Part shown: piece by piece, positions 19,351 through 29,581 of the stretch
How the letters are laid out: each line of letters begins with the position of its first letter
Numbering within the stretch: position 1 is the stretch's first letter
Assembly (NCBI GenBank): GCA_963851005.1
Contig: CAWKNI010000007.1
Location: forward strand, 1,630,904-1,694,903
From: an uncultured delta proteobacterium
GTDB lineage: Bacteria > Desulfobacterota > Syntrophia > Syntrophales > Smithellaceae
Length of the DNA stretch: 64,000 bases
Direction: 5' to 3'
Notes under the pieces: generated by a model
What the model was told of the DNA's origin: nothing
What the model saw: the letters and a program-made list of their open reading frames with translations, nothing else
Database searches by the model: none
Program-made: the position numbers and the translations under genes

Positions 19351-20322
19351 TTAGCTGTATTGGTCTTGCAGATAATTACTTTTTTGAAAATGCCGGCTGA
19401 TTAATTTGGAATAGATAATGAATTTACGCCGCGCTTTTTTATTCAATCCCAAAGTAAGAAAAATAAATATGAGGCAGGAAACTTCATCAACCAGTAAACG
19501 AAAAAATATTATGCTCTTAGCCAGAAGGAAATAAGGAGATTTGTGCCATTTTCTTAAAAATTGATATCTTGAGCGATAAAATTCGATACGTGATCTTGCT
19601 TTGTGTCCTATGCTTTGTCCCTGCAAGTGATAAATGAAGGCATCCGGCACTTGATAGATTTTCCAACCCTGAAGCCGCATTTTGTAAGCCAAATCAGTTT
19701 CTTCAAAAAAGAAAAAATAACGTTCATCAAAAGCGCCCGTTTCTTCCAGCGCTTTTTTTCTGATCATCATGCAAGCGCCGACGATCGAATCAACTTCGAG
19801 AGGCGATGTGTGCTTGTATCTCTTACTGGGATACCGGCGGGGAAACAAATATTCCAGAAGAGAGTTATTGACGGCAAGAGTAAGCAAAGACGGGAAAGAC
19901 GCAATTGAGTTCTGCATGCTGCCGTCGGCATTCAATAACTGTCCGCAAACAATTGCAGCCTTTTCATTAGACTCACAAAAATCCCATAATTTGTTTACCG
20001 CCCCCATAGTCAATACAGCGTCGGAATTTATCAGAAGAGCATATCTGCCTTTCATTATCTTTAGCGCCTGATTATTAGCCGCGCCAAAACCTTTATTCTC
20101 TTTATTGACTATTCTGATGACGGAAGGAAATTCCTTTTCCAGCATTGCGACAGAACCGTCGGATGAAAAATTATCAACGACAATAATTTCAAAAATCAGA
20201 TCGGAAACCGTTTCAGATACTGAGTTCAAACAATCTCTCAAAAGGTCTCTTGTGTTCCAGTTGACAACAATAACCGATAGATCAATTCTATCAGCCTGAT
20301 GGTCACCATAGCGCTCATCCAT
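19351..20322 (-). CDS. Glycosyltransferase family 2
   Basis: LSVIVVNWNTRDLL...VDNFSSDGS...NKGFGAANN...NSDA fits the GT-A fold with a DxD-like motif. Confidence 0.85.
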   Translation of the reverse strand: MDERYGDHQADRIDLSVIVVNWNTRDLLRDCLNSVSETVSDLIFEIIVVDNFSSDGSVAMLEKEFPSVIRIVNKENKGFGAANNQALKIMKGRYALLINSDAVLTMGAVNKLWDFCESNEKAAIVCGQLLNADGSMQNSIASFPSLLTLAVNNSLLEYLFPRRYPSKRYKHTSPLEVDSIVGACMMIRKKALEETGAFDERYFFFFEETDLAYKMRLQGWKIYQVPDAFIYHLQGQSIGHKARSRIEFYRSRYQFLRKWHKSPYFLLAKSIIFFRLLVDEVSCLIFIFLTLGLNKKARRKFIIYSKLISRHFQKSNYLQDQYS

Positions 20323-20325
20323 GGG

Positions 20326-21096
20326 TCATGCACCCCCACGGTTCTTTTTGTTAAGCTCGCTCAATTTAATGTACTTAAAAAATTTATTAACAGAATCCGT
20401 GACCGCCAATGTCAATCCGGGCATGCCGTCCAGAATACCCAAACGAAAAAAGTAATCCTGAATGAAAGTGAAGAAAGCTCGCAGAAAAGCGCCGGCGCAA
20501 CTGGATTTTTTCCCCTCCCTAAAAGCGGCTTCGGCGCCTAGAGTTGAATATTTGTCAATTTTCTGAATTATTTTTCCCAATCGGCTTTCTGTGTAATGCT
20601 CGATGACTGCATCCAAAGCCCCAATTATTCCCTGAACTTCCACGGATTCATGGACAATTGCCGCGCTCATCCGTCCAGCCTCTTTGCGGAATAAACGAAC
20701 AATTCTATCCGGCCACCAGCCGGCATGTTTAATCCATCGACCCTGAAAAAAATTTTTGCGGGGAAAGCTGAATCCAACTTCCTTTACTTGTGGATCATTC
20801 ACAACTTTTTTTATGATGGCGGCCGTATCGGCAGGAACACGCTCATCGGCGTCCAAAACCAGTATCCAGGACTCACTGCATTTGTCAATTGCCGATTGTT
20901 TCTGCGGGCCGAAACCACGCCATTCTTCAGAGTAAATTTCACAGCCAAGTTCCCTGACAATACTCAATGTCGCATCAGTGCTTCCGGAATCCACAACAAC
21001 AATCTGTCGAGCAAACGCAACGCTTTGCAGACACTGGCGAATATTTTCTTCTTCATTTTTAGTAATGATCGCAACCGAGAGCGGAATCTTTTCCAA
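20326..21096 (-). CDS. Glycosyltransferase family 2 (LPS core KdtX/WaaE-like)
   Basis: LSVAIITKNEEENIRQCLQSV...VVVDSGSTDAT...LDADE. Confidence 0.8.
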   Translation of the reverse strand: MEKIPLSVAIITKNEEENIRQCLQSVAFARQIVVVDSGSTDATLSIVRELGCEIYSEEWRGFGPQKQSAIDKCSESWILVLDADERVPADTAAIIKKVVNDPQVKEVGFSFPRKNFFQGRWIKHAGWWPDRIVRLFRKEAGRMSAAIVHESVEVQGIIGALDAVIEHYTESRLGKIIQKIDKYSTLGAEAAFREGKKSSCAGAFLRAFFTFIQDYFFRLGILDGMPGLTLAVTDSVNKFFKYIKLSELNKKNRGGA

Positions 21097-21594
21097 CAGC
21101 CTCTCCTTTAAAAACAGTTCCCTTAATTATTTCAGCCATAATATGGCTGCTAAGAAAGTATTTATCTTATTCGCTGTTTAAAATATGCTTATCTTGTTTA
21201 TCATTTCTTCCTTTTGGAATCTATAATTTATTTGACTATTCAACAGTCCTTTTAAGATAAGAAGGAACGAATGATTTTAGACAAAATTTGGACTGCACCC
21301 TCGAAGTTGGACAAAACATTTTAGCGTAGTTGGCAGTAACCCTAGTCCCGCAAAACGGAAGAAAGGAACTTGCCATGAAGAACCGATTGAGAAATAAATA
21401 TTTGCTCGTAATCTAACATAACATATGGTAGAAGCACTCGGCGCAAACAATAAGAAGGAACTAATCAATTGATAATGTAGCCGTTGGGATTAATGTGATT
21501 TCAAAGAATTGTTCGTTGGAGTATTATCTGCAAAAGGAACATGGAAGCGGGTCTATTTTGGAATCATCTAAACATTAGTAAATTCAGCCTTTAC

Positions 21595-22755
21595 ATGAGA
21601 TACCACATACTACCACCTAGACGATTTTATTCTCTCGATATAATACGTGGAGTAGCAGCGCTCAGCATAGTGCTTTGGCACTGGCAACATTTCTTTTCCC
21701 CCCTCAATAAACAGAGAGTATTGCTTTCCATTGATAAGCTACCCCTATTTAATGCGCTTTTTATTTTTTATAAGCATGGCGATTCCGCTGTCCAATTGTT
21801 TTTCTGCCTTTCCGGCTTCATCTTCTTCTGGTTATATTCGAAACGCATCGCTGAGAAAACAATAACACTGAGATATTTCTCAGTTCTCAAGCTGTCAAGA
21901 CTTTATCCGCTTCATTTTATAACCCTTATTGTTGTTGCTGTTGGTCAACTTATTTATATTAACGTAACAAAGTATTATTTTATTTACCAATACAACAACA
22001 TCTACCATTTTTTTCTCAACTTGTTCTTTGCATCCTCATGGGGTCTTGAAAAAGGCTCTTCATTCAATGGGCCAATATGGTCAGTTTCTGTTGAGGTGAT
22101 CTTGTATTTGACATTCTTTGTATTCTGTCTGATATTTCATCGAAATATAATCAATGTTCTTTTTGCCATTATTATTGGAGTTGTGTTGGGAAACAATTTT
22201 AATTATTTTATTGGAATGGGTGTAGAGTGTTTCTTTATTGGTGGATTTGTTTTTATTGTTTATGAACACATTATAAAAACAGGCGATACTTGGAAAGTTT
22301 CTATATGGTTGCCTGTTGCGGCTTCCATCGCATGGTTGGTGACAATAGGCGCGATAAGTCCCAACTATGGGTTCACTCATATAGGACCTTCTTGGCTTCT
22401 TAAGATGAAGATGATCATTTCCGTTTGGGCGGCTTTTGTACTATTTCCCTTGACTATTATGTCTTTGGCATTAATAGAAACAAAAAGAGGAACTTTGGGC
22501 AAAAGATTGTCTATTGTTGGTGATATTTCTTATTCTTCGTATCTTCTTCACTTTCCTTTACAGTTGATAGTGGTTACGGTTACAGCTAAACTAGCCATAA
22601 ATCAGCAATTGTTCTACGCTCATTGGTTCATGGCCTTATTTTTCTTTGTTCTTATTATTATGTCTTTTGCCAGCCACCGTTATTTTGAGGTTCCAATACA
22701 ACGTTTCCTGAGGTTACAGCTTAACCCGAAGGTCGGCACAAATGCTGCGCAATAA
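21595..22755 (+). CDS. Acyltransferase family 3 (integral-membrane O-acyltransferase)
   Basis: LDIIRGVAALSIVLWHWQHF plus about 10 predicted TM segments. The start is uncertain (21541 or 21595). Confidence 0.75.
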   Translation: MRYHILPPRRFYSLDIIRGVAALSIVLWHWQHFFSPLNKQRVLLSIDKLPLFNALFIFYKHGDSAVQLFFCLSGFIFFWLYSKRIAEKTITLRYFSVLKLSRLYPLHFITLIVVAVGQLIYINVTKYYFIYQYNNIYHFFLNLFFASSWGLEKGSSFNGPIWSVSVEVILYLTFFVFCLIFHRNIINVLFAIIIGVVLGNNFNYFIGMGVECFFIGGFVFIVYEHIIKTGDTWKVSIWLPVAASIAWLVTIGAISPNYGFTHIGPSWLLKMKMIISVWAAFVLFPLTIMSLALIETKRGTLGKRLSIVGDISYSSYLLHFPLQLIVVTVTAKLAINQQLFYAHWFMALFFFVLIIMSFASHRYFEVPIQRFLRLQLNPKVGTNAAQ

Positions 22756-23105
22756 GACCATGAAGCGCTGATTACCTCAACATTATGCCCGCTTTCAATC
22801 TATATTCTTCTTCAATTACCGAATATGTAGATTTTCAGGTAATATAAACAGTTTTTAAATGAGTTTCAAGAATAACGACATCGGAACAAAATGAAAGGGA
22901 TGAGAGATATACTCAAAATATTCCGTCACGCCCCTATTGCTAACTCTGATCATTTCAACCTTCGCCGTTGCGCCGTTTTATCTGACTAATATATATCCAT
23001 CGTTAAATACGCAAATAGATAATAACGCATCGCAAAAAGGCCTTCTGAAAATGTGTCATAAATTCCCGTCTTGATGAGTGACCCAATCAAAAATTGTCTG
23101 ATTCT

Positions 23106-23241
23106 TCAAAAGTGTCTGCTTTTTAGGGCTATTGTTTGCCTGCCACTCACCAATATTTCGTATCCTTCCGCCAACAGAACAAGCAAAAGTAATCGCCCTT
23201 TGCCGCCATTTCCAATATCAGTATCATCAATAATAATATTA
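23106..23241 (-). pseudogene. Detached 3' end of the methyltransferase gene split by the IS1595-family element
   Basis: Reading the minus strand from the target duplication gives IIDDTDIGNGGKGRLLLLVLLAEGYEILVSGRQTIALKSRHF-stop. This is in frame with ...KLNDNNI at 27519+ once the insertion and one TSD copy are removed. Confidence 0.7.
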
Positions 23242-23314
23242 GGCGATTATCGGCTTGACAAAAGTAAAATTAAGTATTATATTATAGTCAAATACTGAAA
23301 CAAGGAGTTTCGCC

Positions 23315-24022
23315 ATGAAAGAAAAACAACCTTCCCTTTTTGATATTGTTGATAAATTCAACACCGAAGAAAAATGTATCGCCCACTTTGAAAGAGTGCG
23401 CTGGCCTAAAGAACTTACCTGTATTCGCTGTAATGGCAATCATATTGTAAGAATCAAAGCGCAAGGGAAAACAGGCAAGGAACGCTCTCTTTATTGGTGC
23501 GCAGATTGCCAATATCAATTTTCTGTTACTACAGGAACTATTTTTCATAATTCTCATTTGCCTTTAACTAAATGGTTCTTGGCGATCTATTTAATTTGTT
23601 CATCGAAAAAAGGCGTTTCCGCCAAACAATTACAACGTCAACTTTCTACAAGCTATGAAACAGCTTGGTATATGGCGCACCGCATCCGCATTGCTATGCA
23701 GGAAGATGAGGATTTTTGTCAAAAGTTCGCCGGTGTTTGCGAAGTTGACGAGACTTATATAGGTGGCAAAGGAAAAGGTCCGCGCGGGCGCGGAGCCGCC
23801 AATAAAATTCCCGTAGTTGCGATAAAAGAACGGACATCAGGTAAAATCCTCATGCAAGCGGTTAATAATGTGAAAACAAGTACATTGAAAGAGTTCATAC
23901 GTGCTAATGCTATCCCGGGTTCTAACATCAATACTGACGAGTTTACTTCTTATTTGTGGCTCGATAGTTCTGAATTTGTTCATAGCACTGTCAACCATTC
24001 TGAAACCTATGTTAAATACGAT
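23315..24022 (+). pseudogene. IS1595-family transposase, N-terminal 236 codons (interrupted)
   Basis: A zinc ribbon (CIRCNG...CADCQYQF) and DETYIGGKGKG identify the transposase. The frame is broken at 24022/24023 by the IS21 end. Confidence 0.85.
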
Positions 24023-24136
24023 TGTGAATCGGCATGCAATAATGACCCACCAATAGGCAAAATCGGCATTCAAAGTTGACCCAGGCCTGCAAGCCTTCTA
24101 TTCTGCCATAAATATGGGAGAAGGAGGCAGAAAGGG

Positions 24137-25651
24137 ATGCTCACGGTGGAAACTATTCGGAAGATACGGTTATCAGTACATAGAGATGGCAAATCGATTC
24201 GTCAAACGTCAAAAGATCTTCATCTATCACGGAACACAGTCAGAAGAGCAATCAGGAGTGGAGAGACCCTTTTCCAGTACGAGCGCCAGAAACAGCCAAT
24301 TCCTAAGCTGGGACCGTTTATAGAAATGCTTGACGGTAAACTGGATGAGGACGAGAAACTGCCGAAGAAACTAAGGAGAACGGCACAGATTCTTTTTGAG
24401 GATATTCAACTGAACGGTTATGAGGGCGGCTATGACAGTGTAAGGCGGTATATTCAGCGATGGCGCAATGAGCGGAAGATCTCAACGGGAGGTGTATATA
24501 TACCGCTGAGATTTGAACCAGGGGAAGCATTTCAGTTTGACTGGAGCCATGAATGGGTAGAGATAGGCGGGGCGAGTTTAAAGGTAAAGGTTGCCCATCT
24601 GCGGTTATGCTACAGTCGCTATTTTCTTTGCATAGCCTACCCCAGAGAAACCCAGGAGATGGTTTTTGATGCCCATATAAAGGCTTTTGAGTTCTTCGGA
24701 GGCGTGTGCAGGAGAGGCATCTATGACAACCTCAAGACGGTTGTTAACAAGATCATCGGAGGAAAAGAAAGGAACTTCAACAGCCGTTTCGTCCAATTCA
24801 GCTCCCATTATCTTTTTGATCCTGTAAGCTGCACACCGGGTGCGGGCTGGGAAAAGGGTCAGGTTGAAAACCAGGTAGGCTTAGCCAGAAGGAGATTTTT
24901 CATTCCCAAGATCAAGGCCAGGGACTTCAAGGAGCTCAACGATACATTAAAAGGACAATGTATCAACTGGGCAAAGAGCCATAAGCATCCGACATTTTCC
25001 GACAAGACGGTTTGGGAGGTGTACGAAGAAGAGAAGCCTTGCATGATCAGTCTGCCTCCCCCTTTCGATGGGTATGGGGAACGTCCTGCCAGGGTTACAT
25101 CCAGTTCGCTTGTGACCTATGATCGTAACAGATACAGTGTTGATTGCAGTCAGACAGGCAGAATCGTACAAATAAGAGTATATGCCGATCGAATAATGAT
25201 CGTCAGTGATGGCCGCGTCGTAGGAGAACACGAGAGGCACTTTGGAGAAAATAAGACGGTTTTTAATCCATGGCATTATGTTTCTGCCCTTGAACGGAAA
25301 CCAGGCGCTTTACGCAACGGAGCTCCTTTCAAAGACTGGGATCTTCCCACGGGCATGGGAAACGTCCTCAACGGATTGCAAAACCGTTTTACCGACTGGG
25401 ATCGTCAATTTGTGGCAATTCTTAATGCCGTACCTCTTTACGGTCTTGATGCCGTTGACAAGGCATGCGAAGACGCCTTGAAGATGAGAGCTGTGAGTAA
25501 GGAGGTTGTTATCAATCTTCTCAACAGGAATCAGGAAAAGGACTTTGCCGCGGATGTAGGCATTCCTCCCCACCTGATTCTGAAACAGGAACCAATAGCA
25601 GATTGCCGACGATATGAATCTTTAATGAGGGGGGACTGCAATGTTGCGTAA
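24137..25651 (+). CDS. istA: IS21-family transposase IstA
   Basis: 504 aa with an N-terminal HTH, a DDE integrase core (FQFDWS...) and an overlap with istB typical of IS21. Confidence 0.9.
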   Translation: MLTVETIRKIRLSVHRDGKSIRQTSKDLHLSRNTVRRAIRSGETLFQYERQKQPIPKLGPFIEMLDGKLDEDEKLPKKLRRTAQILFEDIQLNGYEGGYDSVRRYIQRWRNERKISTGGVYIPLRFEPGEAFQFDWSHEWVEIGGASLKVKVAHLRLCYSRYFLCIAYPRETQEMVFDAHIKAFEFFGGVCRRGIYDNLKTVVNKIIGGKERNFNSRFVQFSSHYLFDPVSCTPGAGWEKGQVENQVGLARRRFFIPKIKARDFKELNDTLKGQCINWAKSHKHPTFSDKTVWEVYEEEKPCMISLPPPFDGYGERPARVTSSSLVTYDRNRYSVDCSQTGRIVQIRVYADRIMIVSDGRVVGEHERHFGENKTVFNPWHYVSALERKPGALRNGAPFKDWDLPTGMGNVLNGLQNRFTDWDRQFVAILNAVPLYGLDAVDKACEDALKMRAVSKEVVINLLNRNQEKDFAADVGIPPHLILKQEPIADCRRYESLMRGDCNVA

Positions 25652-26372
25652 TGAGATCATGGAGCTTATGGGAAAGCTGAAATTACAGGGCATGCAGTCC
25701 GTTTATGATGAAGCGTTGTCAAATGGACGAAAGAGCCGGTCAACTCCTGAGAAGATGATCTTAGAAATGCTTAAAGCCGAGGCCACTGAAAGGCATATAA
25801 GAAGCATCCGCTATCGAATGGGGCAGGCCAGGTTTCCTGCGCCCAAAGATATCGACAGTTTTGATTTCAAAGGGAGTTCGGTTGATAAAAACCAGATTCA
25901 ATCATTGTATCAGGGGGATTTTATTGAACAGCATATCAATCTGATTTTCGTAGGCGGCACCGGTACCGGCAAGACACATTTGGCAACTGCAATAGCGGCG
26001 CAGGCCGTCAGGGATGGGAAAAAGTGCAAATTTTATAACCTGGTGGATTTGGCAAATGAGTTGGAACAGGAGAAAATGGCCGGATTTGCAGGAAAAATAT
26101 CTGCACGACTGATTCGGTTTGATATGGTGCTGCTTGATGAACTGGGCTATCTGCCCTTCTCAAAAAACGGAAGCCAACTGCTCTTCCATCTCATATCCAA
26201 GCTCTACGAACAAACATCTATCGTCATGACAACAAACTTAACCTTTGGTGAATGGCCTCAAGTGTTTGGTGATGCCAAAATGACTACCGCAATGCTGGAT
26301 CGCCTTACTCATCATTGTGAAATCATAGAAACCGGGAATGAAAGCTGGAGGATGAAACACAGGTCTTCATAA
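25641..26372 (+). CDS. istB: IS21 helper ATPase IstB
   Basis: 243 aa with Walker A ([11 protein letters not shown]) and Walker B (VLLDELGY). Confidence 0.9.
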   Translation: MLRNEIMELMGKLKLQGMQSVYDEALSNGRKSRSTPEKMILEMLKAEATERHIRSIRYRMGQARFPAPKDIDSFDFKGSSVDKNQIQSLYQGDFIEQHINLIFVGGTGTGKTHLATAIAAQAVRDGKKCKFYNLVDLANELEQEKMAGFAGKISARLIRFDMVLLDELGYLPFSKNGSQLLFHLISKLYEQTSIVMTTNLTFGEWPQVFGDAKMTTAMLDRLTHHCEIIETGNESWRMKHRSS

Positions 26373-26451
26373 ACATATATTTTTTACTCAGGGGTGGGTC
26401 AGTTTTGGACGCCGATGCTGGGTCTATTTTCAATGCCTATTGACATACGAT

Positions 26452-26637
26452 AAAGACGGCATTGTTCACACTAACGGTGTTGAAAATGTTTGGTCGTTAT
26501 TTAAACGCGCCATCTATGGAACTTTTCATAAAGTATCTGCTAAATATCTTCCTCTCTATCTCAATGAGTTCGCCTACCGTTTTAATAACCGTGACCACCT
26601 TGATATGATGGATAGGGTTTTAGAAACGAGCTGCTAA
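26452..26637 (+). pseudogene. IS1595-family transposase, C-terminal 61 codons
   Basis: KDGIVHTNGVENVWSLFKRAIYGTFHKVSAKYLPLYLNEFAYRFNNR joins in frame to ...SETYVKYD at 24022 after removal of IS21 plus one TSD copy. The restored protein is about 297 aa. Confidence 0.85.
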
Positions 26638-27485
26638 AATTCCGAAGAATTCAATTCGGTAAAATCTTGAAGTTCTGGCATTATAGAATCACATACTCCC
26701 CTAAGCATCTCTTCATTCCAAAAAGAGTAAAGGTGGTTTTTTGTTAAAATTCTATGAATGGGTTCAAATCCGTTCTTTAATTCACCTGTATTTTGTATTC
26801 TTCGTACTCCCCAAGATATAATATCCGCAGCTTGTAATGCAGATATTTTTTCATCATCATCAAAAAGAAGACCTGCTACATGAAAAAAATTTTTGCCTTT
26901 TTGCAACCTTTTTATTGCAGTATAGGAATGAAGAATATATTGTTTAAACTCATTACCATCATCTAAAATATACGCTATGCCATCTTCTAACTTTTCTTTG
27001 AATGAATAACGATGGATTGACTGAACAAAAAGCTGAAAACAAAAACCGTAAAATCCCCCCATATGCTTTGCAATTACTTGTGGAACACAAGTATCAAATT
27101 GTTTTTTGTTAAGACTTACATCAAAACTTTGTATTTTATATCGATTAATAATATTAGCTGCTTCTGTAAGAAGAGCTCTTTTGCCTTCTTCGCTAAAATG
27201 CCCAAGCCTTCCATGTAGGCCAAATTCTTTCATGTGAATTGCTTTGATGTCTTGATTGTCTCGCAATAACTTTTGCCATTTTCTATCAAAAGCAAAAATC
27301 CCGCCCTTATCTAAAACTATACCCCCCATAACGGTAGTTATATTATTAGGGTCGTTATTTTTATCAGTGCCGCTTTCATCTATATAGCAATGTAAAGCTA
27401 AAGCCTTTTTATTTGGATCTTCTGAATGGTGCATAGCAAACCAAATGTGTTCCAAATATTTATTATTTATGTTAGTATTAATCAT
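26634..27485 (-). CDS. DUF3800-like protein (passenger gene inside the IS1595-family element)
   Basis: 283 aa. The N-terminal CYIDESGT motif is characteristic of DUF3800. The gene lies between the transposase stop and the right IR. Confidence 0.55.
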   Translation of the reverse strand: MINTNINNKYLEHIWFAMHHSEDPNKKALALHCYIDESGTDKNNDPNNITTVMGGIVLDKGGIFAFDRKWQKLLRDNQDIKAIHMKEFGLHGRLGHFSEEGKRALLTEAANIINRYKIQSFDVSLNKKQFDTCVPQVIAKHMGGFYGFCFQLFVQSIHRYSFKEKLEDGIAYILDDGNEFKQYILHSYTAIKRLQKGKNFFHVAGLLFDDDEKISALQAADIISWGVRRIQNTGELKNGFEPIHRILTKNHLYSFWNEEMLRGVCDSIMPELQDFTELNSSEF

Positions 27486-27500
27486 GATCGGCTCCTTTTG

Positions 27501-28028
27501 TCAAGCCGATAATCGCCTAATATTATTATCGTTTAATTTATCTTTTGCCGCCAAATAAGCCAAAAGATGATTTTCTGCATATTGACTGCTGGGCAATACA
27601 TCCCAAGCGTCAAGGAAAAGTAAATCGATTTTGCGTTTAAATTTTTTTAGAAACTTAAGTCCATCGCCCCATAAAACCTTGCCGTTTTTAAATTTCCGGA
27701 TGCTATTTCTTGCAATTTTCACAGCCTTGAAATCTATATCTACCGAAAAAACCTGTGCGCCCGTCATACACCAGAAATACGTTGAATGACCATCGTTGCA
27801 ACATTTATGCATCTCGGATATGGGATGGGTCATTGGCTGCCGCATACAGCCGATTTCAACAATTGTTTTTCCGGACATCTCAGAAAAAAGCTCTATAGCC
27901 GCCTCCAGATATTTCTTGGGTTTTCCTCTTTCCTGTTGTTCATCGAGTGTCAAATTGGCATGCTTGAATACTTTCTCTTCTTGATTAAGCATTCTATTTT
28001 TTTCTTTTAATTTTTGTATTTTTTCCAT
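27501..28028 (-). pseudogene. SAM-dependent (O-methyltransferase family 3-like) methyltransferase, 3'-truncated by IS insertion
   Basis: TIVEIGC and DLLFLDAWD are the motifs. The last codons (RRLSA-stop) are read from the IS inverted repeat, and the true C-terminus lies at 23106-23241. Confidence 0.65.
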
Positions 28029-28252
28029 GAATGTTATTTTAATTAATTTCTTCTTTTTTCTTCTTTCAATAAATCACATACAGGGTAATTCTGTCAAAAC
28101 TATTTCTTCAAATTTTCTACTGAACCAAAAGACAGAGATGAAACAGCAAAAACTTAATGTTAATTTCATTCTGTTCACATTTTATCATTTATGGTAAGTA
28201 ATGGACAAAATACTAAAATTATTTCTATAAACATTAAACGGTGGAACAAATC

Positions 28253-29272
28253 ATGTTTGATGTGATTATGCCTGTAAGTACTAAACACAACAATATTGCA
28301 TTATTATCTATCACTTCGCTCATGCAATATGTCATGCCTCATAATATTTATGTTATTACATCTAAAGATAACTTTCATTTTTTTGAAAGATTACAAAAGA
28401 ATTATCCTATCATCACATTAGATGAAAATTATTTAATCTCTACCGTAAATTTGCAGTCTATAGAGGAATATATTGAAAATAAAGGACAGGATCGGCAAAG
28501 AGCCGGCTGGTATCTTCAGCAATTTTTAAAAATGGCTGCTTGTTTCTTACCCGATATCAGTGATTATTATTTAATATGGGATGCAGACACTATTATGTTA
28601 AAATACATAAGATTTTTGAATGACAAAAATCAAATTTTGATCAAACCTTCTTCAGAATACCATTATCCTTACTTCGATACTTATTCCAAAATTACCGGAA
28701 AAACCCGAAGTGTTAATTTCTCTTTCATCAGCGAGCATTTTTTTATCAATAAAAATTATATGAAGGAATTAATTACTGCTATTGAAGAACATACATCTAC
28801 GGAGCAGAATTGGGCTTGGAAAATAATGAATGCTGTCGATAAAAAATATTTATCCGGCTCCGGATTCAGCGAATATGAAACATACGGAAACTTTGTTGAA
28901 ACAGTACATCCCGGTACTTTTGCATTAAGACCATTAAAAACGACCAGGTACGCCTCAAAAAAGTTCGGACCAGTACCTAGTAAATATGATCTGTACAGAT
29001 TATCATTATCATGTTCATACGCTTCTTTTGAAAACTGGAACAATGATGGAAAACTTGTTAGAATATTGATAGAAAAATTATTATCCGCGTTAATTTATTA
29101 TGCCAATCCAGGACGTTATTTAAACAAAGAATCTTGTGTAGTTGTAAATTCTCGTACTTTGCCTGCTCATATTTATACTGACACTGCCCAAAGATATAAA
29201 GTTTGGGAAGCAGATAAACTAGTTTATAAAGAAATTGGCGAAACAATTGGCCAGCTGGATGGTAACACCTGA
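28253..29272 (+). CDS. Hypothetical protein, possibly a nucleotide-diphospho-sugar transferase-like enzyme
   Basis: About 339 aa from the ATG at 28253. It has AGWYLQQFLKMA and a DxD-like LIWDADT, is AT-rich, and sits in the glycan locus. Confidence 0.35.
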   Translation: MFDVIMPVSTKHNNIALLSITSLMQYVMPHNIYVITSKDNFHFFERLQKNYPIITLDENYLISTVNLQSIEEYIENKGQDRQRAGWYLQQFLKMAACFLPDISDYYLIWDADTIMLKYIRFLNDKNQILIKPSSEYHYPYFDTYSKITGKTRSVNFSFISEHFFINKNYMKELITAIEEHTSTEQNWAWKIMNAVDKKYLSGSGFSEYETYGNFVETVHPGTFALRPLKTTRYASKKFGPVPSKYDLYRLSLSCSYASFENWNNDGKLVRILIEKLLSALIYYANPGRYLNKESCVVVNSRTLPAHIYTDTAQRYKVWEADKLVYKEIGETIGQLDGNT

Positions 29273-29419
29273 GTTATTGGAATGATTACTCTCGGGTAAA
29301 CTTTTTATAATGCATACTGCCGAATGATTTGATTAAATTGAAAGAATAGAGTCATAAAAATACAGTAATAATCATCCTTTATGAAGTTTTCTATCATAAT
29401 AGAGGTTGCAAATCGATTT

Positions 29420-29548
29420 TTATACCATTTCTAAATCAAAGATGATATTGAGGCGGCTAGGCGGAGGCGACGAGGCGTATTATAGATACGTTGAGGAAGC
29501 CGACAACAACGCCAATAAAAATAGCGCTTTGATTTAGAATTGGTATTA
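29420..29548 (-). repeat. ~129-bp MITE-like repeat, copy C
   Basis: TTA-TACCATTTCTAAATCAAAG...CTTTGATTTAGAATTGGTA-TTA is the reverse complement of copies B and E. Confidence 0.9.
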
Positions 29549-29581
29549 CATCTTGTAACAGAGATTAAGAGTTCACCGGTT

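Larger units (their letters stand above)
24023..26445 (+). mobile_element. IS21-family insertion sequence
   Basis: The element has 5'-TGT...ACA-3' termini. Its imperfect IRs are TGTGAATCGGCAT... and, inverted, TGTCAATAGGCAT..., with reiterated GACCCA subrepeats. A 6-bp target duplication TACGAT lies at 24017-24022 and 26446-26451. It encodes istA and istB. Confidence 0.9.
23242..27517 (+). mobile_element. IS1595-family element carrying a passenger gene, itself disrupted by IS21
   Basis: Perfect 23-bp terminal inverted repeats: ggcgattatcggcttgacaaaag (23242-23264) and its complement (27495-27517). It is flanked by the 8-bp direct repeat TAATATTA (23234-23241 and 27518-27525). It contains an ISXO2-like transposase and a DUF3800 gene. 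Confidence 0.85.

Noticed and set aside
24114-24323. 69-aa ORF at the IS21 left end
   Set aside because: It overlaps istA in another frame within the IS21 leader region and is not a known IS21 gene.
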